Shown here one piece after another: positions 19,236-25,922 of a stretch of 64,000 bases of DNA. Within the stretch, counting starts at the first letter, position 1. Each line of letters begins with the position of its first letter. The notes below the pieces were generated by a model. The model made no database searches, was not told the DNA's origin, and saw only the letters and a program-made list of their open reading frames with translations. Source of the stretch: an uncultured Clostridia bacterium (GTDB lineage Bacteria > Bacillota > Clostridia > Christensenellales > UBA1242); NCBI GenBank assembly GCA_947629745.1, contig CANREZ010000004.1:8808-72807 (forward strand), written 5' to 3'. The position numbers and the translations under genes were made by a program.

Positions 19236-19730
19236 ATGAGGACCAAGAATTTAAAGAGAAATCTTGCCATAGTATTTGCCGTGAGCTTAGTGCTAGTGCT
19301 AATTAGTATGGTTGTGATGGAAATTTGCACCGGCCATAGTGTGAGTGCACTGCTAAATAATGGCATATTAGGTGACCCTAATACTTCAAGCAGTATGCCA
19401 AATACTAGTGGTGATCAATATACCGCTGATGACCCTAGATTCGCTGAGATCATGGGTGGATTCAAGGTATTCTTCATTGTGATGTTGATAGTGATACCTG
19501 CTGGTGGCACGGTGTATGCAGTGTCAATTGGTATCAAACTTGCACGTGCTGATGGTGAAGAGTCGAGGAAGGAAGTAAAAAAACGTTTGGTCAATTCCAT
19601 CATCGGTCTAGTTGCTGTGATTGGTCTATTCATTATATTATTCCTATACTTCAATAACTATCGCGTTATAAATGATTACCTCCGCCAGATGTTCGGCACT
19701 CTGCATTCATCCAATATTCCACAAGAGTAA
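19236..19730 (+). CDS. Small membrane protein, VirB2/TrbC pilin-like T4SS component with signal-peptide-like N-terminus (paralogue 2)
   Basis: ATG 19236 lies 9 nt after TGAGG. The N-terminus is MRTKNLKRNLAIVFAVSLVLVLISMVVMEI. The C-terminal 2-TM core is collinear with ORF 18217-18555. Confidence 0.7.
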   Translation: MRTKNLKRNLAIVFAVSLVLVLISMVVMEICTGHSVSALLNNGILGDPNTSSSMPNTSGDQYTADDPRFAEIMGGFKVFFIVMLIVIPAGGTVYAVSIGIKLARADGEESRKEVKKRLVNSIIGLVAVIGLFIILFLYFNNYRVINDYLRQMFGTLHSSNIPQE

Positions 19731-19798
19731 ACGTGGTTGATATAACGAAATATTTGGTTTGTGTAAGTAAAAACATATTTAAAATAATAAAAATTAAA

Positions 19799-19825
19799 AT
19801 ATCCCTCAAATGGGATATTTTTTTG
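19799..19825 (+). terminator. Rho-independent terminator of pilin-like gene 2
   Basis: Stem ATATCCC / GGGATAT with a 6-nt loop, followed by a T run. Confidence 0.8.
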
Positions 19826-19893
19826 ATTAATACTACACCTCATTAGGCGATTAGGCGCTCACAAGTGCGGATAAAAATTAATTATAACCTTGT

Positions 19894-20044
19894 AAGGCGC
19901 CCCGTAGTAGGGGGAGCTGGATGCACGAAGTGCAGACTGAGGGGATTGAGCAAGCTCCTACGCTTACCCCACATACCAACTTCATTCTCTCTAGATAATC
20001 AAACAAACATATTTTATATAACCCAGGAGAGTGGCGTGCCACAC
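19894..20044. repeat. Repeat mosaic C upstream of virB4 (a3 module plus b4 module in minus orientation)
   Basis: The first 26 nt of a3 (19894-19950) are identical to a1 (17695-17720). b4 (19969-20044) is about 80 percent identical to the reverse complement of b2 (18667-18743). Confidence 0.85.
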
Positions 20045-20153
20045 AAACTTTTGGGCAAAAAGATAATTTGGGTTATTTTAGTTTGTAAAATGACCCAGAT
20101 GTTGTATAGTATTATATATAATCTAACTTTATTATAGATAGAGGTAAATAAAA

Positions 20154-22820
20154 ATGGCTGCAAAATTTATTCCAAGACGTACTAAACTCAAATTGGAGTT
20201 GTACAAGAATATAACATTCGGGGACGTGGGCATTGCCCTAGTCGGTATCGCGATACTATTCTTGCTACTATTCTCCACATTCCAGTTCCACATATATGTG
20301 GCAATAGCATTCGCTACACTGTGGTGTATGCTATTCGTCCCAGTCTCGGATGGTGTGAAAATTTATGGCGCGGTGATCCTCGCATTCAGATTCATCTCGT
20401 TTAGGAAATCTTATGAGAAGAAATACACCAACAAAGCACATGACATCAAAAAGATTCTCCCATACGAGGGTATCTCCCTTGGACAATTCATCTCCTATGG
20501 TGAATACTACGGCATGGTGCTTGAGATCGACCCTATAGAATTCTTCCTCTTAGATGAGGAGAAACAAGAGGGCGTGGTGCGAACCATGACCAACGCAATC
20601 CATAGACTTGGCATGGACCAGTACATGACCATTGTGAAATTGAAGAAACCTATGATCCTCGACCAATTGCAAAATTATGAAGACGACAAATACAATACAC
20701 TGCTTGATATGACAGAACGTGGTCTGTATGAGAAATATGAGATTGAGGCAAGGTCACCTGTCTTTGAGGAAAGATTAGCCACAATCAGACAACTAAATTA
20801 CGACAACAAGATCCTAAAGAGCCACTACTACTTCGTAGTCTACGACAAGAGTAGGGAGCAACTTAGGAGTTCCATAATGGGTATGATATCGGCACTAAGT
20901 GCCTCAGCTACGCCAATAACTGCCAACATATTGTCAGGAAATGAGCTTTTAGCGTTCCTAAAAGCAAATTACGATAGCAACTTTGATGAACGTGATCTAG
21001 ATATCCTCACAGCAGATGAGCAAGTGGCTTGGACTAGGCCAAACAAAGTGAGGTTCTCTAGCCTAAATACTTATATCGACGACGTGGCATACCGCACGTT
21101 CACCATATCCGAATATCCAATATATGTGCCAAATGCTTGGGCTTATCCGTTATTTGAGCTCGACCAATGTAGAGTCGTGGTCAATATAGAGCCTATAGGG
21201 AAGTTTGAGGCTGAGAAGATGCTGGATAGATCCATCGTGGAGGTGGATGGCAAACTGCGTAAGGCTGGTGGAGAGGGCGCAAAGATTGAGTTACAGACCC
21301 ACCGTGAGACATTGACCGACTTGCTCGCATCACTTAAGAATAGTAGTGAAAACCTCTTCAACGTCAATATCCATATCGTGGCAGAGGATAGCCAAAAGAA
21401 AGAAGTGCGTGCAACGCTAAAGCAGAATGGCTATAGATACACCGAGAATTTCGGTAGACAAGTGGATGCCTTCATATCTACTTCTCCATCAAGGCTCGAC
21501 AAATTGAAGTATTACAAACGTGGTATGCAGACAAGTACTGTTGCTGCTATGTTCCCATATATCTCGTCAGCTTTGCAAGATAAGCGTGGATTCTACCTCG
21601 GGTATAACCAATATCCAGTGTTCACCGATTTCTTCCAGAGAAACGATATTCGTACCAATTCCAATATGATGATAATAGGAAAGTCTGGTAGCGGAAAATC
21701 TTATGCTACGAAAACTCTACTTGCTAACCTCGCTGCGGACAACACGCGCATATTTATCCTCGACCCTGAGGATGAGTACCGACCAATATGCGATCACTTG
21801 GGTGGCAAGATTATCGATGTCGGTAATAGTAGTGATGGTATCTTCAATCCATTCCATATATTCACCACACTTAAGGCTGATGAGGGTGATAGCGATGACT
21901 CCTACAACGCGCATTTGCAGTTCCTTGAGCAATTCTTTAGGCTGATATTGCCGGGGATGAGTGCCGATGCTTTTGAGAAGTTAAATTCATTGTTAGTCAA
22001 ACTGTATGCATCAAAGGGCATTGACGAGACCACAAGGCTTGAGGCTCTAAGACCTGAGGATTATCCAATATTTGACGACCTTATCAAGATCATAGATAAG
22101 GAACTGAAGACCGAGAAGGACGATTATCAGCACTCGCAGCTGCAGACCATTCGTGTCTATATAGAGAAATTCGCTTCAGGCGGCAGGAACTCCAACCTTT
22201 GGAATGGTCCAACCAGCATTGAGACCAATGAAAACTTCGTTTGTTTCAACTTCCGTACTCTAACTAACAACCGAAACGACATTATCACCAACGCGCAGAT
22301 GTTACTTGTCTTCAAGTATCTAGATAACGAGATTAGTAAGAACAAGGACTTCAACGACAAGTACTTCCCAGAGATGCCAGGTGAGGATAGGGATGAGAAC
22401 GAATTCAGGCGAATAATCGTGGCTGTCGATGAGGCGCACGTCTTCATCAATCCAAAGTATCCAATAGCACTGGACTTCATGGCTAACATGGCAAAACGTA
22501 TCAGAAAGTATCATGGAATGCAGATAATTATCACGCAGAATATCCACGACTTCGTGGGATCAGAGGAGATTGAGAGGCAGTCCACTGCAGTTATCAACGC
22601 GTGCCAATACTCCATGATCTTCTCACTTGCGCCAAACGATATGACCGAGCTTATCACTCTGTATAAGAACGCAGGTGGTATCAACAAGGAAGAGCAAGAC
22701 CAGATCGTGACCGCACCTCGTGGACAATGCTTCCTCATCACGGGCCCTATGAATAGGAGTATAGTGAGGATTGAGGCACTGCCAACTGTGCAGTATTTAT
22801 TCAAACGTGACGATGAATAG
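20154..22820 (+). CDS. virB4: VirB4/TrsE-type T4SS ATPase with N-terminal membrane (VirB3-like) segment
   Basis: RBS GAGG. N-terminal helices are VGIALVGIAILFLLLF, IYVAIAFATLWCMLFVPV and YGAVILAFRFI. Walker A is IIGKSGSGKSYATK and Walker B is RIIVAVDEAHVF, followed by IIITQNIHDF. Confidence 0.9.
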   Translation: MAAKFIPRRTKLKLELYKNITFGDVGIALVGIAILFLLLFSTFQFHIYVAIAFATLWCMLFVPVSDGVKIYGAVILAFRFISFRKSYEKKYTNKAHDIKKILPYEGISLGQFISYGEYYGMVLEIDPIEFFLLDEEKQEGVVRTMTNAIHRLGMDQYMTIVKLKKPMILDQLQNYEDDKYNTLLDMTERGLYEKYEIEARSPVFEERLATIRQLNYDNKILKSHYYFVVYDKSREQLRSSIMGMISALSASATPITANILSGNELLAFLKANYDSNFDERDLDILTADEQVAWTRPNKVRFSSLNTYIDDVAYRTFTISEYPIYVPNAWAYPLFELDQCRVVVNIEPIGKFEAEKMLDRSIVEVDGKLRKAGGEGAKIELQTHRETLTDLLASLKNSSENLFNVNIHIVAEDSQKKEVRATLKQNGYRYTENFGRQVDAFISTSPSRLDKLKYYKRGMQTSTVAAMFPYISSALQDKRGFYLGYNQYPVFTDFFQRNDIRTNSNMMIIGKSGSGKSYATKTLLANLAADNTRIFILDPEDEYRPICDHLGGKIIDVGNSSDGIFNPFHIFTTLKADEGDSDDSYNAHLQFLEQFFRLILPGMSADAFEKLNSLLVKLYASKGIDETTRLEALRPEDYPIFDDLIKIIDKELKTEKDDYQHSQLQTIRVYIEKFASGGRNSNLWNGPTSIETNENFVCFNFRTLTNNRNDIITNAQMLLVFKYLDNEISKNKDFNDKYFPEMPGEDRDENEFRRIIVAVDEAHVFINPKYPIALDFMANMAKRIRKYHGMQIIITQNIHDFVGSEEIERQSTAVINACQYSMIFSLAPNDMTELITLYKNAGGINKEEQDQIVTAPRGQCFLITGPMNRSIVRIEALPTVQYLFKRDDE

Positions 22821-22825
22821 GATAG

Positions 22826-22852
22826 AGCAAGGTATAGTGCCTTGCTTTTTTT
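22826..22852 (+). terminator. Rho-independent terminator of virB4
   Basis: Stem AGCAAGG / CCTTGCT with loop TATAGTG, followed by a T7 run. Confidence 0.85.
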
Positions 22853-22962
22853 GTGTGGAGTAGGTGGCGGGGTGCGGGCTGCTAGCAGAGCTAGCAGGCC
22901 CACGAGCCCCTGGGGCTCCCGCCGCTCCCGCGGCGGAGCACCCCGCCACATACTTCGCACAA
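22851..22962. other. GC-rich four-way-junction palindrome (candidate structured RNA or ssDNA/cruciform element)
   Basis: The 25-bp outer stem pairs 22851-22875 with 22938-22962, including a perfect 12-bp GTGGCGGGGTGC/GCACCCCGCCAC. It encloses three abutting hairpins at 22876-22901, 22904-18 and 22919-36. By my count 69 of 87 nt in 22863-22949 are G/C, in an AT-rich context. Confidence 0.7.
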
Positions 22963-23018
22963 AAATAGCACACACTATATCAAATTCTACTATGACAATA
23001 ATTTTATACTAAATGCAT

Positions 23019-23047
23019 TTGATTTTTGTCGTAATATGTAATATAAT
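23019..23047 (+). promoter_or_regulatory. Predicted promoter of the VirB6-like gene
   Basis: TTGATT (23019-23024), a 17-nt spacer, then TATAAT (23042-23047). Confidence 0.6.
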
Positions 23048-23080
23048 AAACTTATAGAATAATGACTCGGAGGAAAAACT

Positions 23081-25768
23081 ATGTTCTCTGTAATGAATCT
23101 AGGCATCATCGATACCATTATGAGCTGGTTGATGAATCTATTTTCAACTGGATTGTTGCTTGCAGTTAATTTGATTTACGCTATATTTAGCAAACTATTA
23201 TTCCTGATCGGTGCAGCGTTCGCTAATATTGCAGATTTCTTCCAAGCAGTTTTTCGTGCCCTTGCAGGTATCGGCACTCCAGGGTATAACAAGGTACTCC
23301 AGATGGAGTTTACCGAACAAGTTGCTCAAGACCCTATCCTTAGAGTCATAACTAGTGAAGTTGTCATCAATCTATTCATATCCATGATGGTCCTTGCAAT
23401 AGGCATCGTCATCGTATCTACTATCGTTGCTATGATCAGACAGGAATATGCTACCGATGGTGGAGATAAGAATAGTAAATCTGAGATTTTAGGCAAAGCC
23501 GTCAAAGCTTTTGCAAATTTCGTCATAGTGCCTGTGGCATGCGTGGTGGGAATACTCCTTGCTAACACATTGCTCCGCTGGGTAGATTATGCTACGGCGA
23601 ATGGCAATGATACCACAATCGGCGCACAAGTATTCTACGCATCAGCGTACAATGCCAATAAGATGCGAAGTAGTGGCCATAAGTCTAGCCAGTTAGTCTC
23701 CCTAGAGGGTACGATATTTGAAAATTTTGACTTGACCGCATTTATATACAATCCAAGTGGTGGTGCGGGACAGTATTTTACTAGTGATGAACAGTCACCT
23801 AATACAGGTTGGAGTAATAGTATCTATAGCAATGGTCAAACTATTGGTAACAACAATATGACTTGCAACGAGATTGCTAATCTTATCGACCAAGCCTTCT
23901 TAAACTTTGATGAAATTATAGAGAATGACCAAGACCACGACCTAGGTTTCGGGGCTACATATTTCGATTACAAATATCAGGATACTGTGGACGAGTACTA
24001 CAATCTCGGCGCTATCAATTACATAATCTTCATCGCGGGAGAAGTTGCGGTCATGTGGATGATGCTCAATATGACTCTCGGTATGATGAAACGTATCTAT
24101 CTTGCCGCTATTTACTTCGTCATAGGTCCTCCAATTATCGGTCTCACGCCTATCAAGGACGGCCTTAGCAAATGGAGAGGAGACTTCATCAATAATGTCC
24201 TATCCGCATTTGCTCCAGTCGTGGGATTAAATATATTCTTCCAGATATTGCCAGCTATCAATACTATCAATATCTTTGCAAGTAATCAATCATCCTACAA
24301 TGCTATCATCCATATGCTATTTGCTATAGTGGGCCTCATGGTGCTAAATGAGATGTCGAAGGCCATTTCCTCGCTACTTGGCACAGGCGACGCCCTCGAG
24401 ACAGGAAAAGGTATGTCAAAGCAAGTTGCTGCCGGTGCTGCTAAAGTCGGTGCAGTTGCTCTAGGTTTAGGCGGTGCAACAATAAAGGGTGTTTCTATGG
24501 CTAATAAACTTCGTCAATCTATGTCTAACAGTATGGCCGCAGGAAAAGCAAATAATTTAGATGCAGGTGAACTTGATACATATCGAAAAGAAGAAGCCGT
24601 TTCAAAAAAATATGCAGGTCAGAAAGTTGGCGATATTGTATCTGATTATTCAAAAGACAGAGCAGAATTTAATAAAACTTATGGCGGAACTACGGCGGAA
24701 CGTGATGCCAAAGAAAAAGCAGCTCAAGCTTCCATGTCAGCTGATGATTTTAAAGCTTGGAAAGAAGAGCGTGATAATAAGAGAAAAGATTTAGATACTA
24801 GGAAAGACGACTTAGATATTATTAGAAAGGGTGCATATTTCCAGAGGGATGCAAAATCTGGACAATTCACCAGGAATAAGAGCGCTGAAAATGCTAAGAA
24901 ATTAAAGAAACTCAGCAATAGACTTGATAATAATGATATAGTAGAGACTGTTGACAGTAGTGGCAAGAAGACATATGAATCGAATCTTCAAAATAGATGG
25001 CATCAATTTACGAAAAATCCAGGTGCAGTGGGAGGTTGGATTACAGATAAAGGTAAATCTCTCTTAGGTGGTCTTAGAGAATCTACTGTGGGTAGATTAA
25101 ATGAAGGAATCGATAGTTCCATTAATATGCTGGGTGAAGCAGCTCATTTTGATATGAAGAAAGCTAGGTCCAAAGCAGCTCAAGGAAAAGGTAAGATACT
25201 TGAGCGTGTGTTAGGAGGCGTAGGAAATAAGCTTGCCGAGCCTATCGACTTTACTGGCCCAACAGGTTCACAAGCAGCTGCTGCTAGATTTAGTGCAGCA
25301 CAACAAGCTCTATCCGGTGTTGATACTAAAGCATTTGCTAAAGCGTTCCTAGATAAAATGTATTCTGCATTAAAGAGTAAAGATATAAATGCTAATAAGT
25401 TAGGCATGAAAATGGCAAAGCAAGCAGGTATTAAACTTGATAAAACTACCATAGATGATATTAAAAATGGAAGTATCGCTAAAGGTAAATTCACAGATGA
25501 TGAAAATCGTCAAAGGGCGGTCATCAATGCTGCTACATTGCATATGTCTGCAGGAAAGACTCACATGGATAGTGAATTGCTAGCACAACTTGAGAGGAAC
25601 TCTGACCACGTTGTATCAAAATTTGTTCACGAACTTAGAGAATTATCTAAGAGTACTAAGGATAGCAACAAGAAGATTATTGATGCAAGCAAGAGTGACA
25701 ATCAGAAACTTATCGACAAACTTGACGAATTGGTTAAACTCTCAAGAGATGATAAGAAGAAGCCATAA
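23081..25768 (+). CDS. Polytopic membrane protein, VirB6/TrbL-like, with a long hydrophilic K-rich C-terminal domain
   Basis: RBS GGAGG. About 7-8 hydrophobic helices lie in the first ~440 aa (e.g. VVINLFISMMVLAIGIVIVSTIVAMI, FANFVIVPVACVVGILLANTLL, IYLAAIYFVIGPPIIGL). The next ~450 aa are charged and coil-like. The gene sits directly after virB4, as in many T4SS loci. Assignment rests on topology and context only. Confidence 0.55.
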   Translation: MFSVMNLGIIDTIMSWLMNLFSTGLLLAVNLIYAIFSKLLFLIGAAFANIADFFQAVFRALAGIGTPGYNKVLQMEFTEQVAQDPILRVITSEVVINLFISMMVLAIGIVIVSTIVAMIRQEYATDGGDKNSKSEILGKAVKAFANFVIVPVACVVGILLANTLLRWVDYATANGNDTTIGAQVFYASAYNANKMRSSGHKSSQLVSLEGTIFENFDLTAFIYNPSGGAGQYFTSDEQSPNTGWSNSIYSNGQTIGNNNMTCNEIANLIDQAFLNFDEIIENDQDHDLGFGATYFDYKYQDTVDEYYNLGAINYIIFIAGEVAVMWMMLNMTLGMMKRIYLAAIYFVIGPPIIGLTPIKDGLSKWRGDFINNVLSAFAPVVGLNIFFQILPAINTINIFASNQSSYNAIIHMLFAIVGLMVLNEMSKAISSLLGTGDALETGKGMSKQVAAGAAKVGAVALGLGGATIKGVSMANKLRQSMSNSMAAGKANNLDAGELDTYRKEEAVSKKYAGQKVGDIVSDYSKDRAEFNKTYGGTTAERDAKEKAAQASMSADDFKAWKEERDNKRKDLDTRKDDLDIIRKGAYFQRDAKSGQFTRNKSAENAKKLKKLSNRLDNNDIVETVDSSGKKTYESNLQNRWHQFTKNPGAVGGWITDKGKSLLGGLRESTVGRLNEGIDSSINMLGEAAHFDMKKARSKAAQGKGKILERVLGGVGNKLAEPIDFTGPTGSQAAAARFSAAQQALSGVDTKAFAKAFLDKMYSALKSKDINANKLGMKMAKQAGIKLDKTTIDDIKNGSIAKGKFTDDENRQRAVINAATLHMSAGKTHMDSELLAQLERNSDHVVSKFVHELRELSKSTKDSNKKIIDASKSDNQKLIDKLDELVKLSRDDKKKP

Positions 25769-25779
25769 TGAATCCTAAG

Positions 25780-25806
25780 GATGATCCCGCGAGGGGTCAT
25801 CTTTTT
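25780..25806 (+). terminator. Rho-independent terminator
   Basis: Stem GATGATCCC / GGGGTCATC (one G-U pair) with loop GCGA, followed by T5. Confidence 0.75.
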
Positions 25807-25848
25807 GGTGCACTAGGGCGATAGGAGAAAAAATATATATCCGCAAGG

Positions 25849-25877
25849 TTGATTATTACTAATAATTATATTATAAT
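25849..25877 (+). promoter_or_regulatory. Predicted promoter of the 1434-aa ORF
   Basis: TTGATT (25849-25854), a 17-nt spacer, then TATAAT (25872-25877). The hexamers are identical to those at 23019-23047. Confidence 0.6.
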
Positions 25878-25922
25878 ATATAATAAGAATATTGCTTTGA
25901 TGTATATTATGAGGTGATAAAT

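Noticed and set aside
19844-19855. A 12-nt identity, TAGGCGATTAGG, shared between 19844-19855 and 56723-56734.
   Set aside because: Exact 12-mers shared by chance are expected many times in 64 kb (on the order of a hundred pairs), and there is no extended similarity around them.
19865-20137. A 90-aa plus-strand ORF upstream of virB4.
   Set aside because: Same reason as above. It spans the a3 and b4 repeat modules, starts at a non-ATG codon without an RBS, and is better explained as non-coding repeat DNA.
22851-22962. A cloverleaf-like fold that might be a tRNA or tRNA-like gene.
   Set aside because: Arm lengths (25, 11, 5-7 and 7 bp) and loops (3, 1-5 and 4 nt) do not fit a tRNA. There is no 7-nt anticodon loop, no GTTCRA T-loop and no CCA context.
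22511-22975. A 154-aa minus-strand ORF with a Pro/Arg/Ala-rich N-terminus.
   Set aside because: It is antisense to the well-supported virB4 3' end. Its unusual N-terminus is the translation of the GC-rich palindrome, and it has no RBS.
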